Notes: generated by a model not told the origin, from the letters alone. DNA of 52,510 nucleotides from Octopus sinensis (GCF_006345805.1 NW_021832540.1:1-52510); one strand, 5' to 3'. Positions 24,170 to 36,060 are shown, counted from the first letter of the stretch. Made by a program: numbers and translations.

Positions 24170-25350
24170 GAAAACTCTCAGCTTATTTTGCTGGGTATAA
24201 TAGAAAGTGTCACTCTGTGTAGAATTCTTGCAGCTCCAAGCAATGCTGATTTTTCTAGGTGTTCTATCTTCACACTTTCACCAATCTTTTTCAGCAACAT
24301 TGGTAGCTGAGTGCTGATATTTCCAAGGGTACCATTTACTATTGGTATCACATCTACTCTCCTCATTGACTACAACTTTCGTATTTCCCACTTCAAATCG
24401 TCAGAGTTGTTTACTTTTACTTTTTTCTCTTTGATCCTGTTGTCACTGGGACATGCTATGTCGATTATCGTGCATTTTCTTTCTTTCTTATTCACCACAA
24501 CGATGTCCAGTTTCCGATGCATGATCAAGTTATCACACTGAATCATTGCATCTCATAGGACATTGCACTTCTCATTCTCGGTGACTCTTGGGTTTTCTTA
24601 TACCACGTCTTTGCTCTTTGTTGGCCATGATTTTAACGGAGCTTCCAACGGATCATTCTTACTAAATTGTCATGTCGTCTTTTGCATTCGAGTTGTACCA
24701 ATTTTGGGCATTCACTAACGATGTGCAATACCGTTTCATTCATCTCACCACACATTCTGCTTTTGTTGCTGTCGGTAGTGTTGTTGATTCTGCATTTCTC
24801 ATAGTTAGTCCTTAACACTTGTTCTTAAGCTGCGTGTATAAGTGCTTCTGTCTATATTTTCAGGTTACAACTATTCACCGATATCATCGATCTTCTGTAT
24901 CTGTCTTGGCGTTCGTATCTCTGGCAAACTGAACGTACACTTTTGTTTCCAGCCATGCTGTTTTCTTTCCCTATAAATTTTTCTTTCTTGACACGTTTCT
25001 CAGTTTTAATGGCATCAGCCTCCTTCGCATGTTTCTACAATGGGCCTACGGCATTTTTATGTATCACAATAAGCTGTTTTCCTCTGCTAAGATAAGATCC
25101 TGGCAACTGGTCAAACCTCCCCCAACCTTTCTTCTGTAAAAGTACATCCTATCGGTCTCACTCCCAGAGTAGTAGGCTTCTTGCATTGTCAACATTCTTT
25201 TCACTTCATATCTATTTTCATCAGTTCTTTCTTTTTGTAATTTTATAATTCCAGCTCCATACTGATGTGATGCTATCGTCCATGTATTACCTGCTTGGAT
25301 TTTATTCCACCCAGTCAGTTTTGAGCACCACACCAACCTTAATTTTCGAG
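24170..25350 (-). mobile_element. Decayed R4/Dong-type RLE LINE, C-terminal half
   Basis: GWNKIQAGNTW...MLTMQEA...GGGLTS; CRMCGEMNETVLHIVSECPKL...RRHDN (CCHC knuckle); VDVIPIVNGTLG...LEKSALLGAARIL; (AAT)-rich tail. Confidence 0.85.
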
Positions 25351-25354
25351 TGAG

Positions 25355-25562
25355 CAGGCAGAATCATTATCACGCCAGATGGAATGCTTAGCAGCATTTC
25401 GTCCGTCTCTGCGTTCTGAATCCAAATTACACTAGGAGCAACTTTGCTTTACATTATTTCAGAGTCGATAAAATAAATACCAGTGAAATATTGGGGCTGA
25501 TGTAATCGACTAGCCCCACCTCCCTAAAATCTCAGGTCTTGTGCCTATAGTAGAATGGATTA

Positions 25563-25602
<40 letters not shown>

Positions 25603-25606
25603 GTTC

Positions 25607-25696
<90 letters not shown>
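25355..25696 (+). mobile_element. tRNA-derived SINE (family 2) with a long (ATT)n tail
   Basis: gcagaatcattatcacgcc...gttctgaatccaaatt...gtcgataaaataaatacc...gtgcctatagtagaatggattatatt. Paralogous to 26627-26790. The central block resembles the Meta/MESC SINE core from memory. Confidence 0.8.
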
Positions 25697-25697
<1 letters not shown>

Positions 25698-26620
25698 CTC
25701 TTTATCTACTCTATTGCAGATGCAGTACAGTGGAGACACTTTCTCATTTCTCAGGTTGATGCTTTGGTCTTGCTCTACCAATATAGTGTTCTCGGTTTCT
25801 CTTTTAGAGTTCCTTTCATCAACCAGTCCCACCTTTTTTCCAGCAACTTCTGTTATGGCTACATGGAATTGATTGCGTAGTCCCTTCTGGTGTAATTCTT
25901 CAATTTTTGTACTTCTTCCTTTGTATTCCTTTTTCTCTGCTCTAAATACTCCTTCATTCCTAACTGTCACTAGCAAGGTTTCATTACTTTGGACTAGGTA
26001 TCTCATTAAGCTCTCGATTTCGATATGGATGCAGTCTTTCACACTTATCAGTCCCCTGTATCCATTGGCTCTCTTCATGTGCAGGTGATCAGTGTCTGCA
26101 CGTGGATGATGGGCTCCATGCATCGTTAGCATCTTTCTTGACTTCCTGTCCATCTCCTTTAGCTCCTCCCTCTCTGTTCACTTCATGATTCCAGTGCCAT
26201 ATCAGACTCCTGCGATTGCGCCTGAATTTATTGTTGAAATTATGTTTCTGGCATTCCGTTTGAAGGCAATACTTATTCTCACTCACCGCAGGTACTCCCT
26301 TTTTGTCTTTTTCTTCATGTCATTGTGTTTGATTCTATCTGCCTCAAGTATTCTCAGGTATTTATAATTGGATTGAGGTTGACTTGCCTTCATCATTTCA
26401 CCACCTGATAAACCTGTACCTTCTGTCCTGGCAAGCTTTCCTCATCTCATCACCATTGTAGCACATTTTGAGAGTCTAAACTCCATCTTAATATCATTGG
26501 GGGAAATCCAGACAGACTGGACTAGGCTGTCTAGTTCTGCTCCAATTTTTGTTCCCATACCTCTTCCCATGGTGATACCCCAACTTTGTTTCCATTTTCA
26601 CTATTATTGATGTTGTTGTT
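25697..26620 (-). mobile_element. Second decayed R4/Dong-type LINE fragment (RT thumb region)
   Basis: DIKMEFRLSKCATMVM...YKYLRILE...MDRKSRKMLTMHGAHHPRAD...RGLISVKDCI. It covers the same region as the 24170-25350 copy, so it is a separate insertion. Confidence 0.8.
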
Positions 26621-26626
26621 GTTGTA

Positions 26627-26790
26627 AAGGCGGCAAGCTGGCAGAATCGTTAGCACGTCGGTTGAAATGCTTAGTGGTATTCCGTTTACCGCTGTGTTAT
26701 GAATTCAAATTCCACCGAGGTCGATTTTGCCCAAAATTTCAGGCCTGGTGCCTATAATAGAAAAGATTATTGTTGTCGTTGTTATTATTA
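26627..26790 (+). mobile_element. SINE family 2, internally deleted, tail about 15 bp from the exon B donor
   Basis: aaggcggcaagctggcagaatcgttagcacg...gaattcaaattccaccgaggtcgattttgcc / aaaatttcaggcctggtgcctataatagaaaagattatt. Confidence 0.8.
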
Positions 26791-26805
26791 AATAAAACTT
26801 TATAC

Positions 26806-26986
26806 CTGTGATTTGTGCAGCTTTAACCAAACCATGCCCAAGAGCTTCTCTAGCAAATGGATCCAACTGAAAGTCTTGTCTTTCTCCAATCACAGAAATA
26901 AGTAAGTTTGGCAATGATGAATACCATAGGTGTTTTATCAAATTAATTGTAGTTTCCATAGAGATTTGGTGATCCACACGGACAAA
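26806..26986 (-). CDS. TRPM: TRPM channel exon B (181 nt): FVRVDHQISMETTINLIKHLWYSSLPNLLISVIGERQDFQLDPFAREALGHGLVKAAQIT(D)
   Basis: Acceptor tttctctcgtacag| and donor G|gtataa. Aligns to TRPM YVRVS...W.L..PNLLISVTGGAKNF...GLVKAAQTTG. The phase-1 end joins the phase-1 start of the next exon. Confidence 0.95.
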
Positions 26987-27437
26987 CTGTACGAGAGAAA
27001 AAGAAATAAAAAAAACAGATTTACGTAATCTAATGTTTAATATAATGGGAAAAAGCAATTTAGTGAATAAATTTTATTGTAAAGTTTTATTGTATGTATC
27101 CATAATATAGAGATTGTGGTATTTGACGTTAAATAATTGAGAAGTTATAGGTTTGTCCTGTCTCAGATGAAGTTAAGACAATTCAAGCAACAATTTCATT
27201 GAATATTGGACATTGATTTTATTGTAATAATTATTTATCATAATATGTTGACTGGAAAACAATCATCATCCTACTGATACCAACTGGTGAAATAAATATA
27301 GGCATCTCATACCTCCTGACTTTCATTATATTCTATATATATATATGAATTCAGATGAATATTGTACTTATGTTGAGGCACCAGAACTTAGTACGGTATT
27401 ATCCATACAATTTCAAAATAAGGTGATTAAAATCAAA

Positions 27438-27999
27438 ATAAGCAACAAGGATATCCACAGGTAATGCAGTACGATCGTTTCAAGCAACTCCATTTAATTG
27501 AACAATGCAATCATTACATCAATTTAAATGCAGAGCAATCCTCAGCTACATAAAGACATAGAATTTAATTAAATTAGCAAATCTCATGATATTGCTTCAA
27601 ATAAATCTTGACAGTTTTTTATGACTATACCTACTATGATTTCTGTCGACTCCCTCAGCCTCCTTCCTAACAGGCACTGCTCCTTGTGATAAACTAGTCT
27701 ATAAATTAAAACTGAACCCATAAAACAATGACAAGCAAATCTGTAATTAGTCTTTCTTCCTGATACCTTTGTAGCTGAAGTGAAAACATCATGTTTTTTA
27801 TCTATCTCTTTACCTTCCAGGAAAATTTAGGTAAAATTATATTAATATGTCCATCTATTTTAGTTTAATTAAATTCTATGTCTTAATGCAGCTGAGGATT
27901 GCTCTGCATTTAAATTGATGTAATGATTGCATTGTTGAATTAAATGGAGTTGCTTGAAACGATTGTACTGCATTACCTCTGGATATCCTTGTAGCTTAT
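27438..27999. mobile_element. MITE-like element with about 135-bp terminal inverted repeats
   Basis: 27438-27573 is the reverse complement of 27864-27999 with few mismatches. AT-rich non-coding interior. Confidence 0.8.
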
Positions 28000-28159
28000 A
28001 TATATATAAAGTAATGCACATGCCTGAAACCTCTTAAAGTGTGAAAAGACTATTTCCAGGGCCCCCATTTACATGCATACACGCACACAAACACACACAT
28101 GCGCGCACACACACACACATGCAGCATGCTCTCACACACATATGTATATAACATCATTA

Positions 28160-28400
28160 ACATCATCATCATTTAATGTCCATTTACCATGCTAGTGTGA
28201 GTAGGACGATTTGAGGGGGACAGGCAAATTAGAAGACTACACCAAGCTCTTCAGTTTATTTTGGCATGGTTTCTACAACTGGATGCCTTTCCTAATGCCA
28301 ACCACTTTACTGAGTGTACTGGGTGCTCTTTACGTGACTGCAGCAACCATGAGGTTACCAAGTAACTTGCAGTACAAGACCCCCTCAAGTGGAGCGTAAG
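28160..28400 (-). mobile_element. Old copy of the RTE 3'-tail repeat
   Basis: catcatcatcatttaatgtcc...tttctacaactggatgcctttcctaatgccaaccac. Confidence 0.7.
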
Positions 28401-28749
28401 ATGTAGTGTGGAGGGAAATTGGTTCAGTGAAGAGGGAAAAGGAAAGGTAATTTGATAGCATTGAAAAGGTGGGGGATACTCAGTGTAAAATAAGAGTGGA
28501 GAGGGACAATGTTAAGAATGAAGCATCAACATAAAATGAAGCAGTTTTTGGTAGTAAGAAAGATAACTGATATCACAGAAGAGTAGATGATATATACATT
28601 TATTTTCCCCAGTTAACTATAGCAGCAAAATACTGCAGTTAGGAAAGTGATGGAGAGAGCAATGATAGGAAAATGAAGGGGATGAAAGTTTTATGAAGAA
28701 TTTAAGTGAGGTAGTGGTAGAGTATATATAGACATTATGATTCTAGAAC

Positions 28750-30050
28750 CTTTGTTTAGTCAAGATGTGTGGCCTTCTCAAACACCGCATATGGTCAGGT
28801 GTCCTCTTTGTCATCTCTGTGAAATTTAAAGTTCTAAAATCAGCCTTCACTATTTCATTTCATGTCAACCCCAATCTCCCTCTTCCACAAGTTCCCTCGA
28901 TTTTCAGTAACCAGCATTTCGTTATACAGCTAACCTCACCCAAAAGCATCCATGAACATATTCATACAGTTTTCTCTCTTGAACAAAACATCGATTCCTT
29001 TTCTGCTCGCATTTTTCTCAATATGTTTGTACATTATTGTTCATATACACAGATTTTATACATCTTCGCATATCCACTGTGTTTAGAGTCCACATCTCAT
29101 TACTATGTAGCACTGTCGTTCGTACATAATCATCATACCATCAGTTTTTCATAATGAGAGAAATGTTTTGTTACCAACAAAAGGTAAAACTCCTTCAAAT
29201 TTCTCCAGCCTAATTTTTATTCTAGTCGTTATAATTTCCGAACAACATTCTCCACTGCTATGTAATAATAACTATCTTTTCTGTCTAAGGATCATCCTGG
29301 GCATTTCATAAAATCTATTTCCCATGTACATATAGAATTTTTTTTGCATGTGCATCAGCTGCATATGAAGTTTACTTTCTCTATTAAACTGTCTGTGATA
29401 CTATGCAACTCCTGTGTTTCTATAGTTTTCACTGAGGACACTGCGTGGAATTTATTTCTAACAGCCATTCTATACAGAGTTTGTGTGGCTATCACAAGCC
29501 ATTTGTCTTCTGCTATCTCCCTCTATAACTACCATCATAGAATAAGGATCTCTGTCAAAGGTTTTCTGCAGGGCAATGAATGTTCAGTAGAGCAGCTTAC
29601 TTTTAACTAAATGCTTCTGCAGCAGTTACTTCACTAAAAAAGAACAAAACTTCTCTAGTACTTGACCCTAATAAAAAACCAAACTATATCTCGTCTAGTG
29701 TAACTTTTTCTCTAATTATTTGAGCTGTAGTTGTTCCCATAACTTTGTCCAGCTATTTGATACTTCTGTGATTACCTTTCTCTAGTATCTTCTTTATCCT
29801 TGTGATAGTCGGTTGTAATAATGTAATGCCTGTCACTGGGCAGACCACTTTCCTGTATAATCTGATTGACTATACAAGTAACTAAGCCATAACCCACACT
29901 GCAAAGTATTTTAAACATTATAGCAGTCATTCCTAATGGTTCATGGAGTTTTTCCTGCTTTTATATTCTTCAGTATTTTATTTATGATACTGCTACCATC
30001 TAGAATTACTAGTCCCTCTATTGAGTCCATATTTGAAAGACCTTTCTTTC
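28750..30050 (-). mobile_element. Highly decayed RTE-like LINE relic
   Basis: Scattered motifs resembling FIDLEKAFDRVP (ttcattgccctgcagaaaacctttgacagagatcc) and the RLYDACV.S region. Confidence 0.45.
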
Positions 30051-30339
30051 ATGCCATCTCCACATATATGAACCTTTAACGATGTCACCTTTACACTTCT
30101 TTCTTTTCAGAATCATTAAGTGCAAGTGTACTGCTATCCATTATTACTCACCAATAGGAAAAATAGGAGCCAACTGTACCAGAAAAGGAAAAGGTATGTA
30201 AATATATTTTAAAAAATGCATGTAAATTGTTGCTGTTATTGAAATTCTTTGGCAAAATCATGAACTAATTATTCAATAAAATTTCTACTGACAAACGTTA
30301 GCAATAAAAATTAAAAAGAAAAACATTAAAAGCAATTAC

Positions 30340-30424
30340 CTTTGCAATATTCCAACCATCTTCTGGAAACTTTACCTCACCAAATGCATCACAGGGTTTT
30401 GATGGCTCTTTATCTGTAGCGTTT
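30340..30424 (-). CDS. TRPM: TRPM channel exon A (85 nt): (x)NATDKEPSKPCDAFGEVKFPEDGWNIAK
   Basis: Pyrimidine-rich acceptor ...ttatctttgatag| and donor AAG|gtaatt. DAFGEVKF...AK matches the TRPM motif PTDAFGxIxF...K. Ends in phase 0, matching the next exon. An alternative acceptor (ctacag|) lies 11 nt downstream, so the 5' boundary is less certain. Confidence 0.8.
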
Positions 30425-30913
30425 CTATCAAAGATAAACAGAAACCAAATGAACAACTGAAATAAAGTTGTGATGGGGAAGGTAGAAAAAGGAAAATAAC
30501 AATATCAAGAGAGAAAGAACAACTCCAATGAAAGATACAAAGATCCACAGATGTAGATACATAAATCCATTCATGGAAGTAAACATTTTTAATTTAGTTA
30601 AATAAAATAATGATTAATTTTAAATAAACTGAAAGGAATACAAGAAGTTATTTTACCGTCAGAAGTAAATGAAGAAAATGGGGTACACAGTCGAATAGTG
30701 ATTCTACATCTGGGATGGTGCTTCTGCTACACATACAGGTATCATAAGGCAACATCCAGAAAAAGGTTACTCAATTGACTGGCATGAAGTCACCAATATA
30801 CACCAATGTGCTGTGTCTTCTCTTTGCCTTTTCTACCACTACTAAAATAGCCTCTGCGTCTAAGAGCTAGTTAGTCACTTGTAACCCTACCTGGATATCA
30901 TTGATACACACAC

Positions 30914-31075
30914 TTTTACCATCTAGTTTCCTGGTCTGGTTGGTTTCTGATTTTAGTTTAGCAAATAAATAATATTCGCTAGGTGAAATCTTCTTCAACA
31001 GGTACACCTTAGATTAAATATATGAAACATGAGGCAAATCAGAAACCAATTGGTCCAGGAAACTAGATGGTAAAA
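30914..31075. mobile_element. Small MITE-like foldback, 40-bp imperfect inverted repeats
   Basis: ttttaccatctagtttcctgg..ttggtttctgattt (30914-30953) pairs with aaatcagaaaccaa..ccaggaaactagatggtaaaa (31036-31075). Confidence 0.75.
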
Positions 31076-31301
31076 GTTTTTATTTTTTCATTTTGTTCCA
31101 GTCGAATTTTATCCCTAATTTTGTGGTTATGGAACCTAGCTGTTCTTTCTAGTGTGTTGAATCCCACGGGTGGATTTCTTATGTGTTTAAATGTACACTA
31201 TATTTTATGAGTAGTACATAGTCTTTGGACTAAATTTTTACACGCTAAACCGCTGGAAGTGAAAATTTCTATCAATTTCCATTTCCCTTCGATATGATTA
31301 A

Positions 31302-31350
<49 letters not shown>

Positions 31351-31353
<3 letters not shown>

Positions 31354-32175
31354 TGAGGGAGATAAATTAATATTAATTTTAATATCAATTTAAAACCAGT
31401 AGTCCAGCATTCAAAAAATCTGAGGAGTCAGAGAAAATTCAAATATATGTGTATATTGGCAGGGCTGGCCTGCTAGGTAGCCGGCCAGAATGCTAGAAAT
31501 AGATCATAAACGATCAAACTACAAGGGAAATTCTCTAGAGGAAGAATTCAGCGAACACCAGAACCAAATTTGGCGGGCAGGAGATATGAAAAATTAAATA
31601 AAAAACAGACTTAAACGCATACCTCGGTTCGGTCTTAACAAAAGAATTACTTGCATAATTCAAGTGTCCGTGACTTCTTCAGTACATTCGGTCCTCGAGA
31701 ATTAATTTATCTCCCTCAATTTTTAAATATTTAAATAAATACGTTCCCTAGCAGTAAGCTTTACCCGCAGTGAATTATTCACTGCAGCCCTTCGCTTCAG
31801 GAGTCTCTTAGCGCGCCGGAACCAAGACATTTGAAATTTTATTCCCGATGTAATCAGTAAGACTAAGCACGTGTCTGTCTTGACACAGAGAGCTGGGGTT
31901 AGTCTTGCAGTTTGCATCTCGAGGACCGAATGTACTGAAGAAGTCACGGACACTTGAATTATGCAAGTAATTCTTTTGTTAAGACCGAAACCGAGGTATG
32001 CATTTAAGTCTGTTTTTTATTTAATTTTTCATATGTCCTGCCCGCCAATTTGGTTCTGGTGTTCGCTGAATTCTTCCTCTAGAGAATTTCCCTTGTAGTT
32101 TGATCGTTTATGATCTATTTCTAGCATTCTGGCCGGCTACCTAGCAGGCCAGCCCTGCCAATATACATATATATA
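31351..32175. mobile_element. Hammerhead-bearing non-coding element in partial-tandem plus inverted arrangement
   Basis: 31444-31700 is a near-perfect inverted repeat of 31917-32175. The terminal 21-mer aattgagggagataaattaat (31351) is inverted at 31700-31720. Inserted in (TA)n. Confidence 0.85.
31928..32005 (+). ncRNA. Type I hammerhead ribozyme candidate
   Basis: Stem I GAATGTA/TGCATTT (7 bp with G-U pairs); CTGAAGA at 31935-31941; stem II (A)GTC...GAC(C) with inner GAATTA/TAATTC; GAAA at 31987-31990; stem III ACC/GGT; triplet GTA ending at 31998. The closing pair of stem II is A-C. Confidence 0.7.
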
Positions 32176-34069
32176 TATATATACATGAGCAAAACGCCCT
32201 GACCCTCCGTTCAATGGATGGTGCTGAGTCGTGAAACATTTAAACCAAATTTTCTCAAAACAACTTGTCCGACCATCCCATTTTGTGGCATTATTTCAAG
32301 CCAGCCGTTTTTTTTTGCACAAACTGCACATGCATTTTTCTCGCATGCATGTAGTATTGATCGCAACAGCTGATGTACTTGCGCATACAAATGCACGTTC
32401 CCATGGCTTTATCGATCACATTCTCACCTGGAATCGATTTTTGTAATATTGAGTGACAGACACACCATATTGAGCTCTCACTGGCAGCCGTTAGCTGCTC
32501 AAGACCAAAGCGAGATCTCACAAACCTCCGGTGGGCATACACAATGAGACAGTAAGCCTTTCCTGAAGGACACCTATATAAGACAGCTCTTGAGCATGTT
32601 CATTCTCTGATCCCACACGCCTCTCATGCTAGAATCAGCTCGTCTCACTAGCAGCAACCCACTATCTCACACATACAACATGGCAGACGATATACTGCGC
32701 TAGTGATGGTTAATGAGAGCCAAACTTCGAGCCTGTAAATAAATGTTATTCAGATTTGTTATCTCACTTTGTCTTCAACTTGATACTTTGACTGGATTTA
32801 ATTTATAATGGGAGACACAAGATACTCTACCAGTATCTTGGCTAACAATGGCCTCCCATTATTAGTATCTCTCAAGCATATAAAAAGAGACATATGAAAA
32901 TCAACACGTAAGCTTAAGAGTTATCTCCCTTATTGACATCTTTAGAAGAAGTTGTCTACTAAGTACTGGGATGATTTCAGCTGATCAAAGTTTTTCAACT
33001 CACTATATACCACAACTGAAAACCAGGGACGTATTTTTTGTATTACCTCAATTTTATGTTTTTCTGCATCCATTTCTTTATATCCTGAAATAAATAAAAA
33101 AAAAGATGTAATTTGAATGTTTGAAGGAATGATGGAGTTCCGTTTAACATTAATTCTATAACATGGAGTCTCAAATTTTACAACAAATTATACCTTGAAG
33201 ACATAAGTGAATACTAGTAGTGAAAAACAAGAATGGAGACATGATTATCTGGTGGTGATAATCCAATCCATATTAACAAAGACACATGATTTCTTTTAAT
33301 CTTATTTATAGTTTTTAGTATGGTACACTGGAATATGAATGGATGGAATATGAATGAATGAATGAAATCATCTGGGTTGAAACAGAATTTCAACCAATTT
33401 AAATATGATGAAAACAGAATTTCAATCAATTTAAATAACTGTTTAAAACTTGTAAGCTATGTCAGATTATGAAATGTATACAGTATCTCTCATATACTTT
33501 TAAAAAATGGCTAAAAAGAATGGAAAATGAGTATAGAAAACAGTTGAATGATCCTGTTATTGAATATTTTGTAGCTCCCATGAAAATAAGTTGCAACTCC
33601 AGTCTTGTTAGACCTTTTAAAACTAATATTCTAAACTTTCTTTCTATCAGGCTGCTAATATTTGGAACTGGATCTAATAATTCCATAAGATTTCTGAATA
33701 ACCAGCATAAGGTGATTCCATATGACATATTCATAATAGAATATAGCTTAAAGAAATATGGCTCATTCAAAGCCAACAAAGTCATTGTATGTTAACCCCA
33801 CTTTGTCTCTGATGCATTTTATACATTGAGAGGTTTGGCTGAGAAAATGGAGGTATATAGAGAAGAGTATAACTAATTATGAGGTACTGGAAGAAATGGT
33901 GAACTGTGACACGAGAATGCAGGGTTTAACAAATAAAATTATGCAGGGTCAACAGGATTTGTGATATACAATAGAATTGACCTATGCAACAATGTGTCAC
34001 CACAGAAAAATAGATGTTTAAATGATAATGATGATGTTTAATAGTACTTATCATCTTGGTTGTTTTATA

Positions 34070-34206
34070 CGATCGTACTGCATTACCTGTGGATATCCTT
34101 GTTGCTTATTTTGATTTTAATCACCTTATTTTGAAATTGTATGGATAATACCGTACTAAGTTCTGGTGCCTCAACATAAGTACAATATTCATCTGAATTC
34201 ATATAT
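34070..34206 (-). repeat. 137-bp inverted copy of 27341-27477
   Basis: Base-by-base reading shows no mismatch to the reverse complement of 27341-27477. Confidence 0.85.
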
Positions 34207-35226
34207 TGGATCATCCAACCCATGCCAGCAGGGAAGATAGAAGTAAAAGGATTATATTACTATATTATTATATGTTTGTGTGTGTGTGCATGTGCATATA
34301 TATATATATATATTATAGTAAGGCTTCAACAATTCATACAGCACTCAATCAGCTAAGAAAGTAAAGAAATTATTAGTATAATAAAACCCCAACTCTTATG
34401 GAATAAAACTAATCAGGGTTTCCTGGTTGAAATATTAATTTATTTCACCATTTTTCAAGCTGGTAAAAACAAGACACTTATTCAGTTGCATTCAAAGCAG
34501 TTGACAACTGAATACGAATGCTCATTTAGAAAAAGGCAGAAAGAAAGAATGCAGAGAGGAAAGCACAGGGGAGATAACCAATGTTACAACAAACATTATG
34601 CATATAACAATTACACAGATCAAATTGGAATGGTTTATGATGTGTCCAATGGTCTATCTTTAATTTCTGCTAAGATGCATTTTTTGAAATGCAGATGTAA
34701 AGAAGAAACCTTGTTCCTGGAATTTACATGGTCATTAGAGACCTTCAAGTTCTTTAAATGATAATTTTTGGAGGGAACATATCAAACATCTTTTTTGACT
34801 CTTAATATGTATTTTTAATCCTATAATAAAGAGACCAAAATACGTTGCTTTTTTTACCTGGTGGTAGCATCGATGCTCCCTTACATGGGGCTGTTACAGA
34901 TGCATTTTTATGTGACACTGGCATGGGTGCCTGTTATGTGATGCAGACATTAATGATTTTGAGGTAGAGCTAGCATGAATGATTTTTATGTAGCACCAGC
35001 ATCTATGGGGTTTCCAAATAATTTGCAAAACAAGAAAATCTCAGCTTAGAGAGGGAGAAGTTGGATCATGCTAGAAGGACAGGGATAGCAGTCTTACCAC
35101 AGAGGACATACTTGGTAACCCAATATGACAAGAAAGGGTAGTGAGATGAGAGAGAGAGAGAGAGGGAGAAAGATAGTTAGTGTGTGAGTGTGAGAAAGAG
35201 AGAGAGAGAAAAATAGTGTGTGTGTA

Positions 35227-35280
<54 letters not shown>

Positions 35281-36010
35281 GGGTTTACCTGTATGGAACA
35301 GTGGCAGGGAAGAGTATAAGTAGCACAGAGGGGATAGAGTATATGTGGCATAAGAGTGTGAAGGGACAGTCATGGTCGTACAGGACATGCCTGTATGTAT
35401 GGATGACCACGATTTTACTTTGCTTGACATGTTTTTTTCAAGCCTAGCAAATCGTGAGAAGTCTCAGCCTTTCATCATCTACTCAGTGAGTTTATATATG
35501 GGAATATATAAGTAGATTTGTGTGTGTGAATGTATGTGTGATTCTCTCTATGTGTATGTGTGTATGTATCTGACCAATGACTACTAAAGGTCATAGTGGT
35601 AAATTCACATGTGCAGCCAACCATGCAGAACAAATAGGAAATACAGCCAAACAGAAGTCAATACCACTGAAGGTTTAGCCTGTGTCACACACTACCCTTA
35701 ATAGTAGTCGGACAAACATGATATCAGAGTTCACACCATGAGGTTCTCAGCCACAACCAAATTCAAACTACTACAAAGAGAAAGAATGGCCTTGAAGTAG
35801 AAGATTTTAAACTAACGGAGATAATACTTGTATACCGCCTGAGGAAACACAACTAGATCTCTTTATGCAAGCAAACAGTTGCATAATTAAATACTTGTAT
35901 CCTTGGAGAACTATGTAGTGAATAACAAACAAATGTCCAACAGTACTCCCTTTTCATGACTTCAATTTCTTCAATTATATATGTGTGTGTGTGTAGATAT
36001 ACAGAGTGAC

Positions 36011-36060
<50 letters not shown>

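Noticed and set aside
30657-30730. Possible small TRPM exon ending G|gtaaaa at about 30657
   Set aside because: The only open frame (QKHHPRCRITIRLCTPFSSFTSD) has no family similarity, and the acceptor lacks a pyrimidine tract.
33462-33795. Antiparallel ORFs of 107-108 aa
   Set aside because: No recognisable motifs or splice boundaries; compatible with chance in AT-rich DNA.
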